DNA from: Lingula anatina
Lineage: Eukaryota > Animalia > Brachiopoda
Assembly: GCA_051362555.1 (NCBI GenBank)
Contig: CM120640.1
Location: 48,028,788-48,092,787 of the forward strand
DNA length: 64,000 bases
Direction: 5' to 3'
Positions 1 to 56,719 of the stretch are shown here, piece after piece. The notes under the pieces were generated by a model. It was not told the origin of the DNA and searched no databases. It saw nothing but the letters and a program-made list of their open reading frames with translations. The translations under genes were made by a program, and so were the position numbers. Within the stretch, counting starts at the first letter, position 1, and every line of letters starts with the position of its first letter.

Positions 1-2
1 GA

Positions 3-417
3 CAGACTTTACGAAAGGCCAAAAAACTGTGAGAAATTTGATCTAACAAGCTTGAAAATTCTGTCAGGCTGAAGCAAAATCTGACAGACTGAATCAAATT
101 TATAAAAAAAAATGCAAATTTGATTTTTTTTTTTTTACAGTGTCTGTATATATTCTGATCAGTCTGTCTGTCCATGTCGTCCCCATTGCTGTTTCTGTCA
201 TATGGCATTCGCCCCATAACTGCCAAATGGTTTTTTGTTTTACTTTAAATTTACTGAGTGGCTTTTTTTTTCACAATTTACCGATGAAAATAGAGCTTTT
301 TCTCCTTTCTTGTTCAAAAAACTTGAAAACATAAGGACCAACAGTACAGAATTTTTATCGGACTGAGGCGAAATTTGTCAGGATTGTCTGATGGTCCTGG
401 GCCTTTTGTAAAGTCTG
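3..417. mobile_element. Non-autonomous TIR element (MITE), hAT-like CAG...CTG ends, intronic
   Basis: CAGACTTTACGAAAGGCC (3-20) is the reverse complement of GGCCTTTTGTAAAGTCTG (400-417) at 17/18. No coding capacity. The TSD cannot be checked because the window starts 2 bp upstream. Confidence 0.6.
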
Positions 418-626
418 AAATTATAAGTATTGATGTACATAATAAACTGCCAATATTCCCTTGCAATGTAAATGTCACTAGAAAGAAAAAAATGCCAAGA
501 AATATTATTATACAAGATTTACCATTTTGTAAATATTATGAAAAAATGGTACAACATTTTAGTATGTATTGTAGAAAAAGTTAATATGTCATAAATTTTT
601 TACTTAAAACAATTACATATTTCCAG

Positions 627-3600
627 GACCATCTTGTGATCAATGGTACTGTAGTGAGGACATTGTCCACACAGGATAGCCATGACAGTGGGAATGAAAG
701 CATTACGTCAGAGTTCTACAGAAGTAATGGGGATCAAGGATGTGAAGAAGAGCCACAGAGTCCAAAACCTTATGTGCAGGGGATCCCTACAAGGTACTTT
801 CAGTAAAGATTGAAAATGCTTTGCTTTTAATGTATGAAATTAGCTGTTCTGCTTACATTGTGTGAAATAAAGAAGCATGCACTCAATGATGCCCATAAAT
901 TAGTCTACACATGTTATATCATTGTAATATTCTGATAGTTTGAACTGTTACAGAAATGGTTGCTCAGTCATTTCTTATCAGCACCTTAACAACCATTAAA
1001 AACCATTTCATTTCTATAGGAGCCTTACTCCTTTACCAGAGGAGTCGGAAACCAGTGATAGTACACCAAGTGCTCCTGAATACAGTCAATTTGGAATGAA
1101 TCATGGCAAGCAAATAGTCTTGGAGACAGTTCCTGGTCAGTTTTGTTAATGTCTTATAAGAAATAGTTATCAGGAAAGAAATAAAAAGTATTGTTTTGTG
1201 AGGCAAAATAATGAGCAGTGAAGGTCTAAATACAAACAAATTTTAGCACTTTTAGTAAAGATTAAGGCTAGTAGTCAATTTACCAAGATATAGTTCTCTG
1301 TAGTTGTGCATAAGGAGTGTGTATTTATACCACTATGATATATATGTACCGATGTGTTATATATATTTATTTTATCTTTAGGTACAAACTATGTGCAAGC
1401 CGGTTACCCCATATGTGATGAGTCAAGCATAGCAAAACCAGATAATATGACTGTTATGTGTGTCCAAAGACAAGGAACACCAGCAAATAAACCTCCACCT
1501 CTGCTACAGGATTCTTTATCACAGCCAGAAACATTGGATACAAGTATATCTTCATATGTAAAAACTGCTCAGAAGCAATCACCAGATGACAGTCATTCCA
1601 TGTCTAAGAAAGACTTGATGGATCATAGCTACAATGAGATAGGTTCATATGTGAAAACTGCTGCCAATGGCATCTGTTTGTCACCACCAACTGATCCTGC
1701 AGATAGTTCTGTGGGGTCCTATGTGCAGGTTGCTGCCTCTCAGAATATCAATAACAACAATTTGAATGGAGGTGTGTCTCCCCCACCAGTTGAGAACTCT
1801 AGTAACCCTGTTGGGGATGAATACTTAGAGCCACTGCCTTCATCAGAGGCAGGTAAGATGGATACGGTGCAAGTGCCCCAAAATCAAGACAAATCTACTT
1901 CCAAGTCCTCCCTTATTGCTGTGAATAAGGCATATGGTATTGAGGTGCCAGAGAAAAATTCATTGGAAAATGCTGATACCTCTCCACTATCTGTTGGGGA
2001 CAAATTCAGTGCTGGTGGAAAGTATGTTGAGGTCAGCAATGCACCAGATGAAGAATATGATGAAGGTGATGGTTCAAGCATGACAGAAAAACTGGAACAA
2101 GGAGTAACTGTCAAACTGTCAAAGCCTATTCCTGAAGGAGTAGACAGTGGTAAGAATTTTGGGACATATGCAGTTCTTGATAATACTGATGAGGATGACG
2201 AAGTTTTTAGTTCTTACGTGCAGGGTCCTGGATCATCAGAAAATTATGTACACACAGATAATGAAGATTCATTTATTTCACCTGATGTACAAAAGCTTGA
2301 TTCATCTGAAGACCCACGGGTTTCTATAGAAAATAGTGAATATGTGACTGAGATTCCAAAATTCATAGCTGCCCAAGAGCACGATACAGGGTATGTAGCT
2401 AATCCAAACATCATTCCATTAGATAACGATAAGCAAGGTCCCATTGGTACAATGCCCCCAGCTGTCTCAGCCTCAGCTCCAGTGGTCAAAGCGTCTCCAA
2501 AAAGGAAATCAGACCAAGTTGTTTCTGGAAATAATGTGCTGGCACCTGTTGCCTCACAAATAAAAGCAGGTGTTCCACTTCAATACCCAACCAACGGCGG
2601 GTATGTGACAGTACCTCCACCAGTGCCACCATCTTCCAACACAGCTGCAACTTACAATGGCTATGTGACAGCAGAACCTCCAGTGGTACCATCAGTTGTA
2701 TCTACAGCTAATACTGGGTATGTTACAGACCCAGCTCCAGCACCATCACCCAACACCATTGCTGCTGATAGACGTGAGGGGGCTCCATCTAAGGTACCAA
2801 CAGTTTCCAACATAACTAATAATGGGTATGTGACTTCTCCTCCTCCAGTGACACATCAAGCTGCAACCAACAGTGGGACAGCACCTAGAACATCTGTTGC
2901 ATCAGATAACACACCAGCTGGTAATGGGTACATGACGGCACCCCCTGTGATTGTATCCACATGTGTGAATACCAATACTGGGTATGTGACAGCACCACCA
3001 ATTTTAGTACAATCAGCCAGTAAGGCAACATGTAATGGGCAACTGAGAAAACCACTTCCTGATACTTCTACAGTAAATGGGTACGTGACAGCACCACCCC
3101 CAGTAAATAACACTGTCAACTCCACCAGAGAGAGAGCACTTCCACAGATAACTTCACCAGCTTTAAATAGTAATGGCTATGTCACTACTGCACCAACAGT
3201 ATTACCACCGGCAACCTGTAACAATGGGTATGTCACAGCACCAGAGGTACAACTGGCTAGTGCTGCAACCAATCACAGGAATGTAACACCAATACCAACA
3301 ACAGAAGTATCACCAGTTTTCAGCACAACCACAAATGGGTATGTGACGGTACCACCAACAATGTCTTCTGTACCCAGTACCACATCTGCAGCTAATACTG
3401 GGTATGTTACAGCACCACCAGTGGTACCATCAGTCAGTACCACTGCAGATGCTGCTGTCAAGAATATGGTTCCACCATCAAAGCTGAAGTCCCAAAAAGT
3501 CCCAAATGCTAACACAGGACATGTTTCAGATCCAGTGATGGTGTCACTTAAAGAAGAAAATAATAATGATGCTATAGGTAGATATACCCACGTGGGTGGA

Positions 3601-3906
3601 GCAGAAAATAGCCAACATCGGGACAAGGGTGCATGTGATGGCACCTTGAAAGACAATTATAAAAGCACTGGTTCAGACTTGACTCATAATAAGAACTGGT
3701 CCAATAAATCTTCACCATCTCACTTTAAGATGGCACCTGTAAATGACCAAGGTTATGTGACAATGCCAAACACCACTGATACTGCTACATTATCGCATCA
3801 ACAAGATACAAATAAGCGTGGGGATTTAATGAAAAGAGATAGTGGTTATGGATCACCTCTGTCATCTCCAAAGGATGTGATCAACCAAGAAGACAATCAG
3901 ACTTGA
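627..3906 (+). CDS. 3' part (3 exons: 627-793, 1020-1135, 1382-3906) of a gene encoding a long disordered Tyr-motif-rich C-terminal region; probable cytoplasmic tail of a single-pass receptor (cytokine-receptor/Domeless-like by inference)
   Basis: All exons have canonical AG/GT ends and their phases (2, then 1) join in frame into the 850-aa ORF. Translation shows DSGNES (684-701), DSGYGS (3838-3855), about 20 Y-V motifs and 12 GY[V/M]T repeats. The 5' exons lie outside the window, so the family is inferred only. Confidence 0.8.
2590..3430 (+). repeat. Coding repeat array: 11 copies of (N/T/G)GY(V/M)T followed by Pro-rich residues, with variable T/P/S/A/V-rich spacers
   Basis: Read from the translation. 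DNA-level duplications are visible, e.g. CAGCTAATACTGGGTATGTTACAG near 2705 and 3389, and CCAGTGGTACCATCAGT near 2680 and 3418. Confidence 0.9.
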
Positions 3907-6480
3907 GGAGTCCCTCCAAAAAAGGCATGTATTGAGCCTTTGTTTTTGAGAATATGACAGAAGCCATTAGTAATTGGTAATGGTTCTAGGTTTATTATTC
4001 TTTGCTTTGTCGTGCCTGTTTTACCATTTAGGTGGTAATAGTCTTATAATAATTGAGATTATGACTATGTAGGCAAAGATGAGTCTAGTAGACAATGATA
4101 AATGCATTAGAATGTTTTACATGGGGAGGAGTACTAGCATGCAACATAAAATACAACCCTTGGGTTAAGTATGATACATTTGTAAATGGACTTGAGACTT
4201 CAAAGTTTGAAGATTATTTGGGTTACACAATGAAAAATATTGGCTGGATATAGACAGATTATGGGGTACTTAGCCAATATTTGCAAGCCTGAGGCAAATC
4301 CATCAGAGTGTTTCATGAATAATCAACATGATAGTCGTGATTTTATACACTGCATTCCAGGATTTGGCTTCTAATGCTGGAGGGCTATGATTGCAAGCAC
4401 CAGTATGATCTTTGCAAACTAGTTTTGTACACCATATGGCGTACAAAACTAGTGTGCATGCTTATAGTGAATTGTGTTCAATGGTGCAGAGAGATGATTA
4501 TGAGGATTTTATATAATGGCCATTGTTTTTTTATCTTTTGTAACCACTTGAGATTTTAGAGTGGAACACTGGAGATAAAGTTGTGTATCATATAGAGCGC
4601 AAAGCTATTTTTAGTAGTTCTTCCAAAATAAGGATAAAGTGGTCTTAGCAAGATAATCTTTGATCATCTTTTCTAGCAATGATTTGGAGACTGTTTTCTT
4701 TTACTTTAAAGGCATATATTTTAGCTGAGATCTTTTCAAATATTAACTCATTTTTTTTGTACTTTTTATCCTTAAATCAATATTTTGGTTACTAAGTGTA
4801 CATGTTGATATAATATTAAAAAATGTACACTGGAGAATTTCTTTCGAGTTGTTGACTGAAAATGTTTTGAAGTTGAGATCTCAATAATTTTCTTATCAAT
4901 TTCTATTTTGAACATTTCATTTTGACAAAGATGTTGGTGTTTTTGGAATATAAACGTTGTATACTGTAGAATTTGAGTTTGGATATTGAGTAGCATTTGC
5001 CTTAAGGTTTTGAGGTATTTTTTTAATGTTTTATAGCAAATTTTGTGATTTCTTAGTAAACATTTATAAGAAAGATGATATATCATTCTTCATCAGGATT
5101 GAGAAATCATATTTTTTGTTAATTTCCATTACCTCTGTATTACATTCCCCAGCTGGGAGGAACTGCTGATGTGAGACTTTTCCAGTAACTCCCATGTAAG
5201 ACAATATGTACATATGTAATCATATATTTAGTTGAACATTTTGTAAAACCATGATTGGATATTGGACACTAGCCACTGAAAGCCACTATTTTGAAGAGCT
5301 TATTTAGTTTTTAAGTCAGTTTATTGTCAGATAGCATGTATAGCTATGGAAAGTCTTAATGATTTGTAAAATATAAAAGCAATAGGCTGAATTTTTACAA
5401 TGTTAAAAGTATGTTGCTAATATTACATTGATACAGAGTTGAAATCTGAATATTTTGAGTGTGCACTTGTTAACCAATGCATAAGAATGTATTTGGCAAT
5501 GTTACTTTTTTATTTTTATTATTCATGTGTAATCAGTCGTACTGATATATAGCCAAAATTAAAAACATTGTTGTATTACTGCAGTAAGACAGAGTCCCAG
5601 TAGTTGATCCCTAATAAGTAGTAAATAGAGTACTTACATTTGTATTGTATAATAATGAATATTTTCATTATAAAAAATTAATACAAAAATTAATAAAAAA
5701 AACAATGTAATAATTTGAAGTTATAGCACTAATTAAAATTGGATTTAAAATGTATATTCAGATGTTATGAAAACATTTATCAGTAACATGTGGGTGTGTG
5801 TGCAGTGTAGCCATTTTCTGCTAAGTGATGCGCTTGAAGAAATTTTTTGTCAAATGTTACCATATTATTTCAACAGTTTAATAGTTATAGAAAAAATATG
5901 TGCATTACAGACTAGATGTGATGCTACTAGAAGGTGTCTGCTGTTCTATGGAAACTTATTATGGCATGCTTTGGTAAAATTTGTTCTAGAAGATGCATAG
6001 CACTTCTTCAGTTTGCTCAGCACATACTTGTCTTATTGTTCTGGTTAAGGGTACTTACTATGGAAATTATGAAAGTGAATTTTATTATTTCAGACAACAA
6101 ACAGAATTTAGTTGTAATTGCTTGTTTTGTCTCTTAAAGATCAGTTTAAGATTTTATATGAAGGATCTTGCATTCAATTAAATTTGACTTTAATGTTTTT
6201 AGACAAAATAAAGAAGATGGGTACTTATATTTTAAAATCATTCGTTCTTAAAGCTTTTAAAGTAAACTTTTTGACACATTTTAGGATGTCACTGAATGAG
6301 ATTTTTAACTGCCGCAAAAAGTGGAGTTTTATCAAGTGTGCCAGTGCAAATGCTCTGAAGAAGATTCCTCACTCTTGGAGGTTGTAAACATTTAATATGC
6401 CATTGCATTTTTACTTATTCTTATAACTTACATAATATTTGGCAGAAAAAGCTTTTATTTTTTCTTAAAGTTAATAAACT
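3907..6480 (+). other. Probable long AT-rich 3' UTR of the receptor-like gene
   Basis: Follows the TGA stop, has no credible exons, is CpG-poor and T-rich, and has AATAAA near 5692 and 6474 just before the CpG-rich laminin promoter begins. Confidence 0.5.
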
Positions 6481-6499
6481 TTGTGAAAAAAGTTTATTT

Positions 6500-7635
6500 T
6501 CGTGTTGTCTTGTCCAGTCTTTCATTGATCTAAAAAATAATTTTATTACTTACAAATTGTCGATTGTAACCTACATGCATAGGTTAATGTTGGCTAAAAA
6601 GTATAGAAATATATTTGGTGTACAGTTATTTCTAGCGCAATTTCTATTTCTGTCGTCTGGTCAAATGAAAAGAAAATATCCTTATATCCCAATCTTGAAA
6701 TCGGTTTATCCAAGGAGTTATAACAGTAATCTCCTTCTGTTGTAACTCCTTGGTTTATCTCGCTCTAGATCTGGCTTCAGACATATCATGAATCGCTAAT
6801 ATAGCGTTTATTCTAATTTCATTACCATTATATCATCTGACGCGTGGGTATGTCGACTAATCTCCTGTGCGCCAATTAAAACATGAAGCGATGATTTATG
6901 CGGTTGTTTTAGATTGGGGCCCAATAAATAAGGTTTTAGTTGGTCCTACTTTTTAGGTATAGATAATCGGCTATTTTTTACATCATAGGAAAATCGATCG
7001 AGTTATGTAGTTGATTATGCCGAGAACTTCAGTACAAGTCCCTGGTTATGCATAATGATGATATGACAGAAATACTGCGTTTGCGTTTAAACTCTAACAA
7101 TTACGACTTGATAACTAGTTCATCTTCACTTTCAAATAAGAAGACTAAGTGGCCCTTATATCCGATATAATTCCCTGTCCTAATAAAGGGCTCGTGGACT
7201 ATAACTGGGCCCTATATTGGATCTTGGAATTTTCAGAATAGACACAATAAAAAACGTCGTTCAATTGAAAAAAAGGTAAACCTCACAACATCAGGCAAGG
7301 GGAAATGAAGTTTACTTGTCGAATTAGACACTTTTGACGAGGTTAGTCAACTATTTATCGGAGGGAGGAAGAGCTATAAAAGAGATTATATTTATATTGA
7401 TGTTGTAAAAAACAGCGAGTGCTTTTGATTCTTTTAAATCCCGACAAGAAGCTACGGTACAGCAACAGAGAGCCTTTTCAGTGAGACAAGAAGAGGGACC
7501 CATCTTGCTGAAAAAACGCTTGTTGTTGTGATCATACGAGCCCGGAAATGTTTGACCGCAAACCTGTCACCCCTCCATCTCAACGCAACTTAAACTCGCT
7601 GTTCCGAGCACTTGCAGCCATCAGAAGCGAGAAAG
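6500..7635 (+). promoter_or_regulatory. Laminin alpha promoter/5' UTR: CpG-retaining region with perfect CArG box (7211-7220) and TATA box (7375-7382)
   Basis: CpG density rises abruptly relative to the flanks. CCTATATTGG matches CC(A/T)6GG. TATAAAAG lies about 260 bp upstream of the ATG at 7636. Confidence 0.5.
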
Positions 7636-51237
<43,602 letters not shown>

Positions 51238-52750
51238 ACTGATACAGCTATGGCAATGAAGAATGGCCCACAGTGAAGACTTCTAATAAGTGAAGTCTTT
51301 GAACCACAGTTGTCTCTGACCAGTCTAGAATATCTGGATCAAAAACTGAATATTTTATCAGGAACTGAAAATGAAACAGGGGTGATGTTATTTGTGACGA
51401 GCTATTGCTCTCAGTTCCAGTTTTTATTTCACCATACACAAAGATATCAGCAGTACAGTCCCATGTGAAATTATGATTGTTGAAGAAACGACTCTTGTTT
51501 TATTGTCAAGTGCAGTTTTACCAGTGTTTGTATTATTAGTGATACGTGTTTTTGTCCTGTTCCGTGATAAGTTTTACTTCAGATATGATGATATTAAGAA
51601 ATACAAAGATCATGTTGTCAAACTGTGCAAATAATATTCAGTGCTGTTAAGGGTAATGAGAGAGAATGTTATTCAGCAGTGTTACTCATGAGATTAATAA
51701 GCTTGATATTCTAAATGTTTTCTTTTTATACTGTCTTGTATTTAGTGTTGTGTAAATGTAGTGTTGTGTTGAGTCGCATATGGGACAGGCTGGGTAGAGA
51801 CAACTGAGACTAGTTTTGCTCAATTTTGGAGATTTTAACTTCTAAGACATTTTAGAGGAATATCGATACATATGGTTTTAATTCCCCCCAAGTAAACAAA
51901 GCAATGAGAGGAAGAACTGTGAATCATTCGGTTAACAAATTGCTTGGACACTAAGACATGTAAACATGAAGACCCAAAAAGTTCTTTACTTTGCAAGATC
52001 TTAAGCAAAATTTTAATCTTAAAAAAAAAAAGACTTAGGACCGACTTTGAGCATCACTATGACAGAAAAATAACAAAATCTCTGCTTTGTTTTATTTCTT
52101 AAGGATACTTGTTTTAAATAAGATCAAAAAGTCGATACAGCAGTATTATTGAGGATTTTAATCACAAGTTTACGATATTTCTTTGGGTGTGAATCCTTCC
52201 AAAAGTATTGTGATAAGTGATGTCAAGTTCCATCCAACTTATCCGCAAAATAAAACGAAAACTTAGCAGAACAACGTGTTTGTTTATTAAAACTTGTTAA
52301 TTTGGCCCTAATCACAATATTTACCATTTATCTGCGATCATTAGACCGTTTTTGTATATCAATATGTTGCACTATTGATCCCATGGTTTATTGATAAAAC
52401 TTGGCGAACGACACCAGCGACTTATCTACTGTTCAACGCCGTGGTAATACACAAAGCTCCGGCACACTATCGTAAATGCTGGGATCATCTCACAAAAACA
52501 TTGATGGATGAGAGGAAAGAGAGAAGTTATGTTAGTGGGGCAGTTTAAGGTGAACTTTTATACGACAGATACAGTCCACTGTACGAGAGAGATATACTCG
52601 TTCCATGCCCTTACACCTGTTAAACAATACACGGTTATACAATCAGATAACCCAATTTTCAGAGCCGCTCTATCTTCATAAGTCCTGGGTTTATCGCGTC
52701 AACATTTTAGACCCATTCAAGAGAGGTATATATCTCCAGAAAACGGGAAA

Positions 52751-55700
52751 ATGGGCGTCGTCCACTTCGTCTTTTTGGTCAGCACTTTGTCCAGTGTATT
52801 TACCGTTAATGTCACTGTTCTAGAGCCAAGGTATACGGATGGTCCAGAGTTCGGATTGGTGATCATTCCTGGAGCAGAGATTAAGGGTTACACGTATCGC
52901 CCTCTAGGTGAGGTTATTTTATTGATTGAATTTAACATGAACCATGAACATATTACCATGCATTGCCACAATTAAGGAGGTTGGTTAGGGCAGATTGCAT
53001 AAAGGAGTGAGTACGTTGCATTGATATATGACGACAAATAAAAGGGGACTGTTAAAGAAATGTGAAAAAAAAGGAACTTCAGGTATGTACAGATATTACA
53101 AGAAAAAATGAGACAGATCTTTACTATCGGTCTCGTCCTTTAGACCGAAGAAGTCACTCGTCATTCACTCGAGGTTGGTTTGGAATATCTATACTTCTAT
53201 TTCTTTAACTCTATCGTATTTTCAGCTGAGAAACTACAAGTGCAAGCCCCGTTCAAACTTTGGGTAGGGTTAGTTGGAGGATTTTTTTCCAACACCCCTA
53301 ATCCTCTAGAGCTCCCAGGGGGTATCGAGAGTGCGTTGGGTGCCATGCACAAAGCAGGAATGACCTCGGCATCTAAAATTTACCTAGCGGCCCATAGTTT
53401 GGGTGGTAAGAAAAATCGCTAAACTTATTTCATCTAAACTACATTTAAATGAAATGCCTAGGGAACTTCACTGACGACGATGTGTCTTTGCAGTAACAAT
53501 TTGTAATTTAATCCCTGTCATTGTGGTGGCGTCTATTTATTTCTCCCAAAGAAAAGGTGTCATTATTATTATTGTGTTATTGTCACTATTTGTTACGTTT
53601 TTTTTTTCTTCTTTTTTTGTCTGTTTGAAAAACTAGACATATGAACTACAACGCTTATATTCAGTCGTGCTGTTGCACTTCTACGTCGATTTTCTTGAAT
53701 ATAATAAACATAACGTGTCTTCAAATAACTTCAAATTCAATAAATCACATCTTTATTCAGGCACTTTTCTCAGCGCCTACGCAAACACCAATCATAAAAA
53801 CATATCTGGTATTCTACTGTACGGCTCCTACCTCACGCGGTCCTACAATATGTCTGCTTACCCTGTGCCTGTTCTTACTTTGTCTGGTGACATGGACGGG
53901 TTGAACAGAATTACCAGGATTCAGGAAACATTTCAGTAAGTATGGTCAAAGGATATGTGGTTTGAACGTTTTGGAAGCCCATTGAATTCAATATCTTCAG
54001 GAATCAATTTTTGGATGTTTTAGGAATCTTCAGGATTTACATGCCAAAGACCAAGCTGTGATATACAGAAGTCCTGTCATCACCTTGCCTGGTGTAAATC
54101 ACGGACAGTTTGCCTCTGGTGTCATGCCAAAAATGGTCCTGCAAAATGATATCCCCGCTGAAGTGTCCAACGATTACGCATACGAAATGATAGCAAATGC
54201 GTCCAAGTATTTTATGATTGCAACAGCGAAGACGCCATCGGATTTGGTTGTGGTAGCGGAAAACCAACTAAAGCAATATTTTCAAGATAATCAACAACGT
54301 ATGCAGGTAGTCCCATTACACACAGTTTTATGATTTTCCTTTTGTTGGTCTTCAAATTTCATGTGGTTGAGTTTCTTAGACTCACAATAATTTGCATTGG
54401 TATTTACTGCAACAGATGCCTTTGGCACAAATGAGAAGCATTACACCAAATGAGACAATTTTAGTGTCAGTTCTCTATTTTAACCGACTATTTTAATATC
54501 TAGTCTTATATCAGAAAAGCGTTTTTGGATTCATAGCTAGGTTTTAGAAGATAATATTTTATCAAAAAAATCTGCAAACGGTCCCTTAGGATTTGAAATT
54601 GAAGAATGAAACTAAAAATGCCAACTTGTTTTCTCATTTTTAACAAAAAGGGTCTTTCTGCCTTTCAGCCTATCTATGCCGTGCGATCAATGGACTCTTT
54701 AGGTCAGACATCGCCGTGGTCAGTGGTCGGACAACAGATTATCTCTAGACTTATTGATACACAGAAACTGCACGTATGGAACTCTAACACAATCAATTCT
54801 AGTTCTTTCCGTGAGGTTTTTAAAAACATTTTAACGACAATTAAATTTGTTTTGCCGTTTTCCAAAGTGTAAATTAATATGAACAATATGACTTTTGTCC
54901 ACATCATTTCAAAAGTGTATATACATGTATGCAATATTAAAAAAAAAAACTTTTATGACAATGCCATATCCGTTAATGATACAGTACAATGCACACCAAT
55001 AGGCCTAAATACACGGAAATACTAAATCATTAACATAGACTGGAGATATTTATTATTGTCAGTTTATTGAGCTTTTCTCAATAGTTAACTAGGTTTGTAT
55101 CACCCTGCAAGATGTACTTTTCGTTACATACGTCAATGCTCACTTATGGTCTCCATCATACCTTGATTTCTGGGTTGAACCCTCGCTCTCAATCTGGACG
55201 TGATTTTCTCTTCTCCGCCAATACTGATTTTGTGCTCAGACCCCATTTCTAATACAAACGGATTAATCGATTGCGTAAATTTCATTATCTGCCATGTAAT
55301 TAACTAGACTTAGGCTTCGTTCACATGCAATGTCTATTTTCTAAATTCTATTTTCTATTTGCGGCATGTCTTATGATCACGGTCTGTGCACTGAATATCC
55401 CGCCGCGTAATTACTGTTAGAATTTAGAAAATAGACATTGCATGTGAACGAAGCCTTAGGCTATGGTTTCCAATCTGCAGCAGTTACTTTTGTTTGCGCT
55501 GTGTTGACTTTAGACTTGAAGTTCATAAGAATGCATCACGTTTCATTGGAACGTCTTCCCTTCTAATTTGCGTGATACATAATGCCTTTATTGGATTCTT
55601 TTTTACTTTTTATTAGTTGTCCCTGCTGCTGATCCAGGGAATTACATACTAATTTGCCAGTCGACAAGATAATGAAAGAATTACGACAGGAAGAATAATC

Positions 55701-56719
55701 TCCATACTTTTTAATGTAATACATGGATATGGAAATGTATCAAAAGAGAGTATTTTGGGAAACACAGAATTCGTATCACCAGATAGTACCTTCTCTGGTT
55801 CCAGATATGGTTATTCTTATGTTCCCATTCTAAAAATCACCAACTACGGGTATCTCGAATAGGCCAATATTTAATTTCACACATGTTCATTTTTCAGGTA
55901 TACAACCAATTAGTTAATGAGATATCCCTGCAAGTAGACGAACCCAACATTGTTGCCAAAGACGGCGAACTTTCCATAACAACGTACACGGAGATAACGT
56001 ACCCATTCAACCCTCTGGACGTCTCCTTTTACCAACAGTCTCCTTCTCAAATCCAGGCCAAAATGTCCAGTAGCGAGGCCGTTCAAAGATATCTTCCGAA
56101 CGGGAACTTTTCAGAACCTTTATCGTGTAAGGAAGTCAACCAGGTAAAGTTCATATATCAACTGATCCACTTTTGATCGTATGGGATATTGATTTAATTA
56201 TTCAATTGTTTGCAGTATTGCAGTTGAATTTCTTATGGAAATTTCTTTTGCAAATATATTTTAAAAACAGTGCGATACAAATGTGGTAGTACTATCATTA
56301 AAGTAAGTTTACAATTTTAAAGGTATAAATCGTGGTTTGATAAGACTTCTTTGAAAAAAATGTAGTGATTCCTGCACTTATACAGTGATCCCAATAAAAA
56401 CGATATTTGGTATCTTTTTCGGTTATTGCAGGCGGCTATCTACCATGCTCTCTCCCTTGCAGCTGCTATCCCAAGGACTCGGTTTATGAAGAGCGGACGC
56501 AATATCACGATAACGTTCGATGATATAGTTAGTAATGAAGAAGTCTGGCTTGCTGAGCCGCTCCGTATCACACAAACCCACCACGGCTTGCAGGTGACTT
56601 CTATAGGCTACCATCCTGCTACTGAATCTAATGGGTTTTATCATTGTAAACTTTTGTCTCCATTCCGAGTACTGGAGTACATATATGTGGACAGTTTAAA
56701 GCCACACCCATCAATATAG
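52751..56719 (+). CDS. Secreted alpha/beta-hydrolase (Abhydrolase_5-like lipase/esterase fold), 7 exons: 52751-52907, 53226-53405, 53761-53935, 54024-54306, 54669-54773, 55898-56143, 56432-56719
   Basis: Signal peptide MGVVHFVFLVSTLSSVFT. Oxyanion-type LVIIPGA motif, nucleophile elbow AHSLGG, acid motif LSGDMDGL and His motif PGVNHGQF appear in order. All junctions are GT-AG and join in frame. Confidence 0.88.
55313..55455. mobile_element. PIF/Harbinger-type MITE, 143 bp, perfect 38-bp TIRs, in a hydrolase intron
   Basis: GGCTTCGTTCACATGCAATGTCTATTTTCTAAATTCTA and its exact reverse complement; TTA at 55310-55312 and 55456-55458. Confidence 0.92.

Noticed and set aside
1354-1381. ORF-track start of the 850-aa ORF
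   Set aside because: It is intronic polypyrimidine sequence; the exon starts after the AG at 1380-1381 and splices in frame to upstream exons.
1884-3656. Antisense ORFs over the repeat exon
   Set aside because: Shadows of the repetitive sense-strand coding sequence with no independent features.
4374-6745. Short ORFs between the receptor stop and laminin
   Set aside because: Short, AT-rich and motif-free; consistent with UTR or intergenic sequence.
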